The notes under the pieces were generated by a model. That model did no database searches, had not been told where the DNA came from, and saw nothing but the letters and a program-made list of their open reading frames with translations. Positions 13,330-26,303 of a DNA stretch of 44,008 nucleotides are shown in pieces; positions within the stretch are counted from its first letter, which is position 1, and every line of letters begins with the position of its first letter. The translations under genes and the position numbers were made by a program. The stretch is from Catajapyx aquilonaris (lineage: Eukaryota), in the NCBI GenBank assembly GCA_000934665.2, contig JYFJ02000410.1:124001-168008 (forward strand), in the 5' to 3' direction.

Positions 13330-16300
13330 GTAAGTACTAATTTATCTCTAAAATATTGCGAGTTGATTTAGTTAAATGAAATGTACAATTCTGGCGGAAA
13401 GATGGCGTTACAGTCGCCTCTATCTAACCGCCATCGCCATCTATTGGCCGAGTCAGACACTTCACGTGGGCAGTGCTGTAAATAAGACTGTTAACTCCCA
13501 AACTGAGTCCACTTAAACAGCGTATCAGTTTACAGCCACGATTACAGCCGGCTTTTAAGGTTTACTGGACTGTCCCGGACATCAGCTGTCCCCTTTCAAG
13601 TTGACTCCCGGATGTGCAACTGCCCCACCCCGGAAGTTATGAGCTTTAACCGGGCACCGGCAGTTAGAACTTCTCACATCCGCGCTAATCTTCTTCACGG
13701 GGAAAACCCGGAGCATGGACCATTAGCGCCATTCCATCTAGCCGGAGACTCATTCCTCTCTCCCATGTCCAGGGGACCTACCCGGATTAAAACCACGAGA
13801 AAAACCCTAGATTTATCCGGGAATAGCTGCGACTCCCTTTGGAGGACTGATCTTCAGTATTCATTTTATGTGGGTGTACATTTAAAATTTCTTTAAAAAA
13901 TGTGTTTGTCTTATTGCGCTTACTCCCAAGTTAAACTACTTATGCACGCCTTATGCTAAATAACAGGTACAATTATAACGGATTTAATCACCGTTGATGG
14001 TGGAAATACATTATAAAATGTTTCACTTAAGTAAATATTAAAATAAACAAGCACGTAAAATAAAATCAATTTTAAATACTGCTAATATAAATATAATGAC
14101 CGGATCAATGAATACAATAAATCAAAACACTAAGATATATATAGTGCAAAATATTGAAATAAATATGTGCGTCATAAACATAAAAAATAAGATGAAATAT
14201 TTAGAAATGAAATATAAATGAAAATAAAGCCTCACAATGAAATATTAATATAATTAAGACTTAAAAATAAATTACATTATAATAACTTACATAAATGAAG
14301 CAAATCCAGTGGAATGAGTGATCGTTACCGAAAATAACAAATGTAAATAAATTCTGTAAAAATCGTTGCAGGACACAATGTAAATGGAGGGTAGGGGCTG
14401 AGTTAACTTTTTTTATTATGTATTTGGAAGATGGGGGTGTGTGGAGAGGGGCGTGAGTTTGGAGCCATGGAGGCGAGACTAATGGCTCAACGAAACGGGG
14501 GTCTCCTGCAAGCGAGCCTCCGACAGGCTTCGAAATAGAAACCTCTGTATTACAAACTTGCCCTCTAATCGAGTTTTCTCGTTAGGAAATAGCACTCGGG
14601 GGCAAAAGTTTATGAAGAGAGATGGGGAGGGAGGGGTAGAGGAGGCAATGAAAATGGGGGGAAGGTTGGAGAGGACGATGCTTGCATAGTGGCAGGTTCC
14701 ATGATCATGTCCAAACTACAGAGATTGTCAACATCGGAAAGTGGGGAAAATCGTAACTCTGTCCACAGGCTACTTTTCGGCCAGCATAGTAATAATTAAT
14801 AGGAAATATAATAATCTCTATTATTATTAAAAGGCGAAGTCTGTTCGTTTGTTTGCTTCTCCAGGTCTGGTCACAATGGCAACTGGTTTCCACGGTAATA
14901 TAAAAATGTATGGCACTCTCCTCCCCCACCAAAAAAATTCGATATCTTTTCCCGCAAAAAGTTCTGTTGTGACAACATAATTATCTCGGGCCGGCTGGTC
15001 TGAAGTCCCTTTTCCTCGCCCCACTTTTCATTTTCTTAAAAACGAGGAAATTTTTCCCTCCCTTCCCCCCCCTGTCGGAAATTAGCCGCAAGGAAGTTTA
15101 AGAAAAAAAAGACCAGGAGAAGTAGAGATAGAATATAAAAAAATAGAAACCACTTTGCCAGAAAGATTTAATCGGGGGCTAAGTCTGGTACAATTCCCCC
15201 CCCCCCCACACAAAAAAAGTATCCAGATGTGCGGCCCAGATTTGCATTCCGTCTATGGTTCCCATGACGAACGGCTCGAGGATTTTCTTTCATTTATTCC
15301 TTCCACTTGTTGTATAAGTGAGTTTTTTTTCTTCTTCTTCTTCCTCAGCTCGAGTTCTGTAAATGATATTCGGATGCCTTACAGCTTTTCATTGGAGATA
15401 ATTAAGAAAAGCTAGTGTTTTTCCATGATGGAAAACTTTGCTCTGATTCGCTGCGAGAATTTTCAATGCCCCCTCCTCCAGGCACTAACACTAATTTGGG
15501 TGAAGGTTTCCATGGATGAAAGTTCACGTAATTTTGGATAATAATTCGAGATAGAATCTCAATGTTAAGTGCTAGGCTGTTATCACGTTGCTGCGGTGAA
15601 ACTTGTTCAGTGAAACCTGAATACGAGGAATGAAAATTTCAAATCCAAGTATGAGCAAAATATTGTCGATTTAGGGACGAAGCAAAGGAAATCATCATTG
15701 AGAACTATTTATTAGTAAGGTGAGTGAATTGACTCAACTATGTAGTAAAAACTATTATAAAATGTATAAAATAATTTCCCATTAGCTGCAATAACTTTGA
15801 GTATCGACAAGCCACCCAGAATTTCTCCACCCCTGATTTAAAAATAATCGGTCTATATATTTTTATTAAAATTTTTCTTTAGGCTGTTGGGTATGGACGG
15901 TGTATCTCCATCGTGCAGTCCGAGCGCGTCCTGCAAGGGTGTGACCATGATCGTTCCAGACACCATTTTATGAACTTTAAATTACTCTTAACGGCCTCGA
16001 ATATGGTTTTCCCATACGGTCTGTGCATGCGCACAGCTCCAGTGCATCCCTGCAGCTAATGAACCGTTGAAAATAGGGATGGGTACGGAGCATACTGTGC
16101 ATAATTAGTCTGAGCAAACATTGTGAGAGGAGGGGGTTGGTCCCGGAGACAACTTGGCATGTAAATGGTGGCGTTTGCGAGTCGCCTGCGATTAGTAGTC
16201 TTTGTATGTGCGAACCACCCCTTATTCAAGACCCAAGTATATAAGGGGCCTCCAGGTGTGGACATGTACCCGCCTCTTACTAATCGCATTTTGGGACATG

Positions 16301-16622
16301 GGGACACCATATTCAGGAAGGTAGGGGATGGGGAGGGGTTCAAGCCACGAATATTTTAAGTTGAGGGCGTTGAAAAGTTGGAGCAAAGTTTTTTTCTTGC
16401 AAAATAGTTTGTGTCCCGCTTTTGCACTATGCGACACAACAAGGGAGGAGTGGGAGGAGATACTCAGGTGGTATTAGTGAAGCAAACTTAATTAAGCGAC
16501 ACTTTTGTCGCATCACAAATTGCACTTGCTCGGTTTTGTCAAAGAGCCCTTTTATGGACTTTGCAAACTAGATTGCACTAATCGAGCAGTTTCGAGGACT
16601 CTACGAGAGTAAACTGCGGGAT

Positions 16623-16720
16623 TGTCCACGTAGTACAATATTCCTCACATAGATGGCGCCCTCTCTGCACTTATCTGATGACTCACCGCGGACAAACACA
16701 CTCGAATGTCAATGTGCATA
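16623..16720 (-). mobile_element. Repeat family A copy
   Basis: tgtccacgtagtacaatattcctcacatagatggcgc...ctgatgactcaccgcggacaaaca. Confidence 0.75.
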
Positions 16721-17874
16721 AATATCCGTTCAATTTGAATGAGAAAAATGCAATGTTTCTGGACTCATCGTATAGAAAGGTTAGAGTCTATGTCCCTTTT
16801 TTGTATGAAAGTGCAAGAGGTCGTTACCCTCACCCCAGTACAGTACAGAGAAACAAACGAGCGAGGTTATTCATGGGACAGTAGTATATGCATGCTTTGC
16901 ACAAAGTCTTGGACGCCTTCCAAAGGAGATGGAAGAGAAGACGAACTATGCAGACGTGAGTTTGCGGAGACGAAGCCTGTCCATTACACCAGAAGAAGGA
17001 AAGTGAGGCTTGGAAGGAGAGGAGAACAGTCTTCTTTCTTTCTTTCTTTCTTTCTTTTTTTATCTTCCAACAGAGCAAAGGGGCTTACAACCCATTCTGA
17101 TCGAATTCTCTTAAAGTTTTATTACAACGTTTGACTTTTCCACTCCCTGCTTGGTAGAGATTGGGAAGGAAAAGGCTGCCATTTTCCAAGGGGATTCCCG
17201 GATTTTTGCACCGCAATAAGCGGGAGGACTAAAAGTTGAGGTTCAACATACAGCAAAGTTTGTGCATTTTTATGTTGTTATTTTTTTAAAGCATAGTAGC
17301 GGAGGTCAAAAGTTGGGCAAGTCACTCTTGCGAGTCTAATGGAGCTGGCATTTTTGTCCCATTAAACCGCCTCCTAATTGCGTTTTAATAATGACAAAGA
17401 CATGGGAGAGCGCGTCCCTACTCTCGAAAAGTAGTTGTTTGCAACTAATTACCTTCTGGTGTTGTAAGCAGAAAAGTTCATCACCGGCGATTAAATCAGA
17501 ATGTTAACGATCGCGCTTGGTGTAGTGGAACAAACTTAACGTGGCGTATATGCACGGCCAAGATACTATTGATTGGCAACTATAATAATGTGCGCACTGA
17601 ATTTTTAACGTTCACCTGAGCAAAAGGCCTGACAGAGGGTATCATCGAAGGGCTGACATGGCCACTCAAAAACTGACCAAAATGTAGGGCTCGTAATACA
17701 ATTCCATATGTCATGACATGGAATTGTAAGCAATTTTTTCTTTGATTTTGGCACAAGCAAAAACTGACTTTTTATATACGCTGCAGATAATTTTTTAGCA
17801 TTAAATAAATAATAGAATTCGCCCTAAGAAGGTGCCAGCCTTATGAGGAAGCAAAAATTGAATAATAAAAATAA

Positions 17875-17978
17875 AATAATTTGCCCGTGTCTGTGCCTCT
17901 GCTTGTCCGCTGTGATTAGTAGTGTGCAATGTGCAGAGAGCGAGAATGGGCCATCTATGTGAGACATATGGTACTACT
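17875..17978 (+). mobile_element. Repeat family A copy
   Basis: gtctgtgcctctgcttgtccgc...gccatctatgtgagacatatggtactac, the reverse complement of the minus-strand copies. Confidence 0.75.
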
Positions 17979-20759
17979 CACCGCAATTTTTCCTCCTGAC
18001 CAGTTCTCAAGAGTTTCCGGGCAAAAAGAGGGGAAAAAAGTTCCATAGTTCCGGTTAAGTGGCTTGATTTGATGGCGATCTCTTCACCTCCACTTCTTTT
18101 TTCCTCTCCTCTTCTACTCCTCCTCTTGCCTTTATCTCCATCCTTTTGGGGGGGCCCAAGAAGGAGTCGCTTTGTTCCTTTCGGCGTGGAGGAGCCGGGG
18201 CGATAGCAGATCCAATTTGTGGCGTCCCAGAAGATTCTGGGCGTCGGGTCGGGGGCCAGTTAATTCGGCGCACATCTCCAGAGAGCACTTTTGCCCATTC
18301 CAGTCCATCCCTTGCTAGGCTACTACTATCTGGGAGAGTCTCTGGCCTTAGCTGCGAATAGCCTCTGGTCAACAACAGTACTGACCCGACTTGGGTTACT
18401 GGCCTTTTACTCGGAGAAATTATGTCTCAGGCGGGTCTGGCTTGTGGCCAACTCGTCTGATGAAACCTGTTTTTTTTATTTTTAAGGGGAACAGTAGAAA
18501 AATAATTCTGATTTTGTTTGTTTAATATCATCAGATATGTCATTTCATAGAAGCAGGTGCGCCTTGTGTCAGATCAGACGTATCGACCGGTATGTCCAGA
18601 AACGTCCCCCTTTTTCCTCCAGTTCATTGCGGTCTGAATGAACAACATGGGCCTCATCTTCTGCTGGAAGACAGGATGGCATCCCAGCTGCCAAGAACTT
18701 TTTTTTTGCTGTTTCTTAACGTCCATTGGCCAAGAAATGAGCAAAAAAAAGGTTCAGAAAAAAATAGAAGTGCCGAACAGGCGTCGTAAAATAATCGATC
18801 GAGATCCGGTTTTCGACAACTGAATTTCGAGTTTTTTTTTCCAGGTTTCGTTCGTATTTAGAAGGACGGACACGAACCACATGGGATGGCTCCCACGATC
18901 ATTTTGATGATGACATGTTGGTCTGTTTTTTTCTACTTCCTAGGGCGAAGGAACCCCCTGGGAAGAAAAAAAATTGGATGTACAACACTATATAGCAGGA
19001 CTATTATAGTGAAGACTCATTGTTGCATCACTATCGCGACATTCAATAATTTTATACGAATTTTGTTCTCATGTGTTGTCGAGTTCATATGAAGGGTTCA
19101 GGAGAAAAACATGTTAATCGCCACTGGCGGTTAACGTGTTTTTCTCCCGATTGCTTGGCCTTAAAATATTTGCAAAATTTAATGAGGACTTTGGCATTTC
19201 CGGTTTTTTTTTGCCAAATCCAACTGGCACGTGCCTATCCTGCACCAATATTCGCGAAACTATGCAAATACCATACCCCTCTCTTGTTTCCCTATGACAG
19301 ATATTAACCAAGAAGGTAGTAAGCGAGTAATTAAAAGGGGTCGCAAAGATCAGTCTCATGTGCAGTCATGAAGACAAATCCGGAGAGAAAGGCGATGGCA
19401 AACAGAGCTAAATCTGAGCTCAACCTAGGTCATAAATCAACGTGATGAATCTGGCCGTCGGCGTCAGGTTCAGCCAACAGACTTTAACATTCATTATTTG
19501 GGAGCTTGTTAATGGTGTTGGGGGAAGGGGGAACGCCGGTGCCTCCTTTATAGTTAGTAGCAGGTTCTAGCTAGCAAGCCTGGATACAGTCACTGCTAAT
19601 CATAACTACATGTAACAGGTGTCGCAGCTATTTTTGTACAGTAATTTGAGAAATAAATCGGTAGATGGCGCACACTGTTTACTTCCGAAATGGCGGCACG
19701 ACATGACGGAATATTTTTAATATACTGTGCATGATTTGTTCTGACAGTGTACTTGGGATGTGCACCACCCTGTAGGGCCCATTCCTCCCATTATATCGAA
19801 GCCTGGGATCTGTAATGGATGGATTAGGCCTACAACATGGCGGTGGGTGGATTATTTACTGGAGGCGTCGAGGAGAAAGGTGTGAGATATGGCGTCGAAT
19901 CTGTTATGGCGACGTTAATGGAGGCCACGAGGTGTCCCGGATAGTGTTTTGCAATCGCCGATAAAACCCCGCCGGCGTGAAGTGGGTTGGGTTAGGTACC
20001 TGTTCTCAGGAGGTACCGATGCATGCGATGGGTCGTATGACGACTTATCATATGCGCAGGAAGGTTTATGGGAGGGGGGACCAAGACCGCCTTTTTTTGT
20101 TGGGAGGCGGAACATTTTTTGAGAGATCGTATGGGGAGGAGGAACGAGGCGGGGGAAATGTTGGAGTGATAAGATAACGCGAGGGTCACTGTACCGGACC
20201 TGGATGCATTTCGGTGTATGATGGTGCGTGTCTTGGATTGTTTATGATGCGGTTAAACATAGAGTAGAGCCAATTAAAAATGGGTTGTGATTTTTCTTCG
20301 GGGTTATTAAGTGAGGCTTAAGGTTGCTTCCGTTCAGAGGTTGCACAGTTACAGTTAAAGTGTGCAGGGAGTGTGCAATCACACACCTTCAAGGTTTGAT
20401 CCTATGATCCAGATATTTTATTGCAATAATATTTAAATTTATATTCTTTCTTTCTACACGTTTGAAAGAGAATGCATTTATGTTTTAAACTCTTAAATCC
20501 TGCAAATCCCCCACAAAAATAACCCAAGATCGGGGTATTTCAAAAACAAATTGTTTAAAATTAGCATTACACTATTATAGCATAGCTCTATTACTCTATT
20601 TTTATACATTTCATTGTTTGCATTACTGTATGACATTTTATGTTACATGTATAGATGAAATAAATTTTAACACATAAAATAAACTGACGATCGGAAAATA
20701 CTTTTATGTTAAACAACTATAATTAATGGCACGAATAACAAAATTTAACAATTTTTTTA

Positions 20760-20762
<3 letters not shown>

Positions 20763-20837
<75 letters not shown>

Positions 20838-21165
20838 TGTGGGTAATGCTTTCACCCCCAAACGGGGGTATATTGCATGAACCTTTATTTATTTATTTAT
20901 TTCAATTTTCTCAACTTCGGTGCAAGGAATCCAGAAAATTGGGTAAGGATAGGGATTTTCGGGGAGGGGACACGGGTGCAAGTGCAATGTCGCTATACGG
21001 GTCATGTGCAGTCCCCCAGGAGACTAGGTTGCCAGACACCTCCTTGGTGCAGGTCAGAGACCCTCCTGACGCAGGTGAAAGGAAAGTTCCCCAGGCGGGG
21101 ATCGAACCTGGGACCTTTCACACAGCAAGACGAGACGTTACCATCTCGGCCACCACACCTCCCCC
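20763..21165 (-). mobile_element. tRNA-derived SINE with long (ATT)n tail
   Basis: Minus-strand head with A box TGGCCGAGATGG (21141-21152) and B box GGTTCGATCCC (21098-21108); 3' stem-loop acccccaaacgggggt; (TAA)n tail at about 20760-20837; imperfect TSD aa(t)7-9aa on both sides. Confidence 0.8.
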
Positions 21166-22440
21166 AAATTTTTTTTTAATGTAGAAATAATCTGTCTGCC
21201 AAAATATTATTAATATAATAACTATAAATTGCTCAATAATATGTGAACAAAATATTAATGTTATTTTTTAAATGAATGAATGATATATTAAATAAAATAA
21301 CCTTAATCCACAAATAATGCAATAATAAATGTAGCATATCGAAATCCTATAAAATAATAACAAAGTTATAATATCACTTACAAATCAACAATATTAATAA
21401 TGGTAGTGCTTTCTTAACGGCACTTAGGATAAGCTACTAATCAATTGCAATAGCCGAAAACTCATCTAGTAATTTCATAAAGGCATATTGTGTGGGTGAT
21501 TGTGCCAAAGCAATTTCTCCGCCCTGCCTGCATCTCTTCCCAAAATTAGTGGACCGAGTTCCCCATAAATTCCACATTTCCTGTAGTATACTCCGCTTCC
21601 TAATATGCCCAAGCCAATGCTCGTATGAAGAGTGGGGTTTTCTTTTTCTTTATTCCCATCATGCATTACAACCCTTCCCTCTCCACCCATCCCTCCCCAC
21701 CCTTCCATTTCACGCATGGCGCAGTGCAGGATACGTAGGCTTTCATATATCCGCTTACTGTCGTCCTCCCTGCTTCCAATTCCACGTTCCCCTCCGAAAT
21801 GAGCTTGAAACTTAAAATCAAAGCGAGAGAGATGTAGGTCCGAATAGCAACTTGAAATCGTGGGAGGAGGGTGGGAGGAGGGCCAGGAAATTCTCCCGGA
21901 AATGGTCCCGAAACTTAAGCGAGTTATCCAATTAACAGGAAATGCCCCTTTCGCATCACTGGGTGCCTCCTCCTCCTCCTCCCCATCCCCTCCCTCCAAA
22001 AGAGATGATTTGAAAAGACAAACCTACTCTCTCTATCTCTCTCTCTCTAGTCCTCCCTCCTCCCACCATCCCCTCCCCTCTTGCTGAACCACTCCATGTT
22101 AATTGAAATTTCACTTTCAGGGACGGAAAAATTAATAATTGATGGAGCTTTCCTGCTTCCACCCCTCCCCCTCTCCTTCCCCACCTCTTTTTCCCATGGA
22201 TAAAAATGTGCGGTGGAGGGAAATGCCCGGTACTTGAATCATGCATAGCTGTAAAGGAAGCAATTACAGGAGCGTAAGTGTTTTCGCGAGATGCGGAGAG
22301 TACAAGCATATCTAGGGGTTGCCAATGCTAACTAGGCACAACTGGAAGGGAATCATATTGCTCCACGCAGATAATGGCAACTGACCTTTAATATTGTTAG
22401 TGCTATTGTTGAACTTGAACTACGGCGTAGTAAACCTGTG

Positions 22441-22675
22441 AAAAATTTGGCCCCAAATTCCGACGTAGTACTAGGTCCCACGAATAAATAATGACAGATC
22501 CTAACCGAGCCTAACCTTACCTTACCTCTCCTACCCTACCTTCCCCGACCTTACCCTGACTTGATTTGACCTAATCAAACTGCCACTCTCAGGGTCGTAC
22601 GAGGGGTAGTGGTACTAATGCATCTAACTGATGACTCACCCCGGACACACAGACTCAAGCCAATTGTATGCATGA
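22441..22675 (-). mobile_element. Repeat family A copy with degenerate (CCTAA)n tract
   Basis: acgtagtacta..., cctaacc-like tract, tgccactctcagggtcgtacgaggggtagtggtacta..ctgatgactcaccccggacacacagac..gccaattgtatgcatga|t. Confidence 0.75.
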
Positions 22676-23218
22676 TTATATTAATAACATGATCGATGAC
22701 TCCCACTTTTTTAAATTAGATGCGATCACTTGTGCATTCTTTTGGATGCATGGCCTGTTATGTGTGTAGAGTTGCATCTCGCAGTGCGTGCTATTAGATT
22801 CACTTCCCAATGTTGTCAGAGTTGAGAAGAGGCGTGAAAGTGGTTGGCTACCTGATATCCAATCGCTCCATGCACACTGGAGCTGCTACCTCTCCACAGC
22901 TTTTCGTTTCATCTTCGTCACTCAAAGCAGTCGGCCGCGGAAGCTATTCTTTTCTCTGGGCCACGCCAACGATTTCGCCCTCACCCCAACCCTCTTCCCT
23001 CACCCCAACCTACAGCATACCTTTCCCCGGCCATGACAAATGGGCGAGTGGTCCACGCTCCAAACCACCTACAGCTACTGTAATTTCCAAGCAATGTGTC
23101 CACTGCCACCATCCCAAACTGTCACTCCGACGCTCACTGGAATTTTCTCTGGGCGGACACGCGTTACACACACCTCTGAGTCGGAAATTTACACGAAATT
23201 TTTTCTCAGCTGTGCAAT

Positions 23219-23525
23219 GTGCATGTAGTACCAATATCCCTGGCACGAATCTGAGAGTGGCAGTAGTGTAGGTTCGATTAGGTCAGGTTAGATTAGTTTA
23301 ACTTAATCTAACCTAACCTAATCTAACCTAATCTAACCTAACCTAACCTAACTTAATCTAACCTAACCTAACCTAACCTAACCTAATCTAACCTAATCTA
23401 ACCTAATCTAACCTAACCTAACCTAATCTAACCTGATATAAGTTAAGTAAGATACGGGTTAAGAACCGTCATCTATGTGAGAGATAGGTACTACGTGGAC
23501 AAGGTCCGAGAGCCCAATTTTGGCA
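23219..23525 (+). mobile_element. Repeat family A copy with long (TAACC/TAATC)n tract
   Basis: gcatgtagtacca...ctgagagtggcag, short TTAGG-like run, about 130 bp of TAACC/TAATC (about 23300-23433), cgtcatctatgtgagagataggtactacgtggaca...aattttggc. Confidence 0.75.
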
Positions 23526-24747
23526 GTGATTTCACTAATATAACAAAATACGGTATTTATTATATCCTAGCATAATTTTATAAATAATATGTAAAATTGA
23601 ATTATGCAGGGTGATTCAAATAATTGTCCAAGAACATGTTCTTGATTTGAACTTGTAATTACAGTATTCAAAACTGAAAAACCTAATTTCAATTGCAGAT
23701 GGCTCAAGCATTGAGCCCCTCTTATTAGTCCAAGGGCAAAATTGGCGAATAAAATGGAAAAACTGTGGCCATGACTCGACCGTTAAATTTTTTTGCCTCA
23801 AAAATTGATGATCTTAACGACAGTGCTGACATTAATGTCTACCTCCCCCCCCCCCCATCCCCTTTTGAAAGAACTTTTACATTTTCACAAGACTACATCA
23901 GCAGCGTTGCCAACCGGCTGCGGCCTTCCAATATAATAGACTAATTAGGATGCAAACGACTTCTTTTATGCGTCGGTGAAATTTTTCCCTGCAAAAATTA
24001 GTTGGAGGAAGAAAAGGCAGATTTTTTTTTTTTTTTTGAGGGACCAATCCTGTGATTTATTCCTCTCACGTGTCGGTGTCCCCCCAGTCCTTGGAGTACG
24101 TGATCAAAATCGGTGTTCACGTTCATGTAACACCGATGGGAGGGGCTAGGTCGTGTTTATTTTTGCACTAGTTTATTGCCAAACAAAGTTCGTTTTTTTT
24201 GGAGGGGGGAGGAATATTAGCGCTTCACCCCACGTCCCACTTCCGTGACGGGTCTAGCATGGCATTATTAATATTTTTTGGGGAGGGAGGAGGTGTGGGT
24301 AGGGAGGGAAGGGTCATAAATCATGTCGGTGTGTCATACCAGCCTTGATTACCTTTCACAAAGATGTCAGCTTAATGGTGGGTGTCAATGGGGGCATCGT
24401 CGTTGTGTCTTTTGGCATCGGTTTTTGCAACTTTGGTGCCAAAAATGCGCAAGCTATTTCGGATAGCCTTATAAACTATTAGTGATCGCTGCTATACTGA
24501 TAGTCGAAAATAACAGTGAACTGAAACATATTATTTTTAGCTCAATTTCACGCTATTTCTGGAAGCATGTTTAATCTAATCGTGCTCGCTGATATTGCTG
24601 GTTGAAAGTAACATTGACCTGAAACATGTTATTTCGGGCATTTTGTACTGCCGGTATACATAAGGTGTTTTTAACTAATAATAATCGCTGCTACCTCTGT
24701 TAAGAGTGCTAGTGACCTGTTGCACCTTGAAAAAGATAATTCCGCGA

Positions 24748-25022
24748 ACTTCTCCTAAACATAACTGCTTAAAAGTAAGCACCTAAGCCAAAAAATGGAT
24801 TGCATTTTATTTGGAACAAAGTGTTGAACACTAATATTTTGATGACTAGCGATAAAAGTTCACCATTTTACACAATGTTATAAGATAAGGTATAATATTG
24901 TATAAAATGGTGAACTTGGATCGCTATTCAGAAATATTAGCTTTTAACACTTTGTTTCAAATAAAATCTAAGCCATTTTTGGCTAAGTTACTTACTCATA
25001 AGCAGTTATGTTTAGGAGAAGT
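24748..25022. mobile_element. Long palindrome (fold-back element), about 135-bp arms with 8-nt spacer
   Basis: acttctcctaaacataactgctta...gttcaccattttacacaatgttata [agataagg] tataatattgtataaaatggtgaac...taagcagttatgtttaggagaagt. No clear TSD. Confidence 0.75.
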
Positions 25023-25592
25023 ATTGAGTGCTACTATTAGACCGCAATGGATGACTCTTAATTGCAATATTAATGATAGGTTAGGATTGGCGTATTGGAA
25101 CAATTGGCATAAAATCAATTTAGGGAGTTAATACTTCTCATAGCTACTAAAAATAAATGTTCGAAAATAACTTCCGCTTAGTGCCAAAAACATTACCTAA
25201 CAGACACTAAAGTGTCACCATTTTGATGAACCGATGTCAACTAATTAATTGGGGATCACTACTAGGTTTAGCACTCATTAGTGGGAGGACATCACCAAAT
25301 GGCGGGCATTTGTTATGGCAGTGTTAATTGGTTTGAACGAATGGGGTGTGGACAATCATATCAATTGTTAATTACTTCTGCCGGTACTTGGTACGTGAGG
25401 AACTTCCGTACTCGCGTATATGTAGTGGCGTCAAAATGGAAATGACAGTGCGATTATAACGCTAATTTTCTGTCCGACTTGTTTTGGACTAATTTGTTAC
25501 TACGGAATCCTGCTGGTGTTATTTAACGCATGTATGTCGCTTACGTAGCAGGTTTACAGTAGGCTATAATGTTATTCTGCGGATAACCCGAG

Positions 25593-25666
25593 AGTTTATC
25601 CTGACTATTCAGGGCAACCCTTCAGCCTCTTTTGTTGGAAGGGTTGCTAGGCTGACAGGATAAACT
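25593..25666. repeat. Small hairpin repeat (family C); degenerate second copy at about 1953-2018
   Basis: agtttatcctg..gcaaccctt..aagggttgc..caggataaact; tttatcctgactat....gggcaaccc recurs at 1953. Confidence 0.55.
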
Positions 25667-26188
25667 TTTTCACTTGAAGACTGGGCCGAAAAGAAAAAAA
25701 AAACACCAAATAAACCGAATTTTTGCGCACATTGTTTTAATTGCTGATAATTTTAAACAGCAAAAATCGAATACTGCTTTAAGCCTTATATTTCATAATA
25801 TTAAAGGGATGTGTTTAATAGTACTTTTAGAAGTTCTTAGGCGGATTAATAGGATTTCAATATTAACATCTATACACCTGATAATTCTTCGGTACAATGC
25901 AACTGGATTTTAGGTACTATTTTATAGCAATCGATGGCCAAAATAATGTTGCTATCGACTACTATCTTCGTATCGGTGTTATCTACTTCCTCTCGCAAAA
26001 GTTCTGAACTGTAATCCAGAGAGTATAATGTGACCGATAGTGTCACCGTAACAGTACAGACTACAGTTTAAGGGGGTTATTTATGATAAGAATGGGTTCA
26101 AAAATTAATAACTTTGTAAAATTTTAATACGAAAATTAATGTTGTTTTGTCAATTGCCTTCGCAGAAAAATGTAACTAAAGTGAACCA

Positions 26189-26303
26189 CCTGGCAACGCT
26201 GCCCTTCCCGCCACTGTAGACGTAGTACTATGTCTCACATAGTGGCGCATCTGTGCTGACTCGCTGCAGACAAACAGAGTCACAGATCTATCCCAATATA
26301 TGA
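26189..26303 (-). mobile_element. Repeat family A copy
   Basis: ctggcaacgctgccc...acgtagtactatgtctcacatagtggcgc...gacaaacagagtcacaga...ccaatatatga|t. Confidence 0.75.

Noticed and set aside
21090..21165. tRNA gene (also 41470-41546)
   Set aside because: A and B boxes are present but there is no paired acceptor stem or full cloverleaf, and a body, tail and TSD follow, so these are SINE heads.
23300..23433. True telomere
   Set aside because: Short, degenerate, interstitial and embedded within a dispersed repeat.
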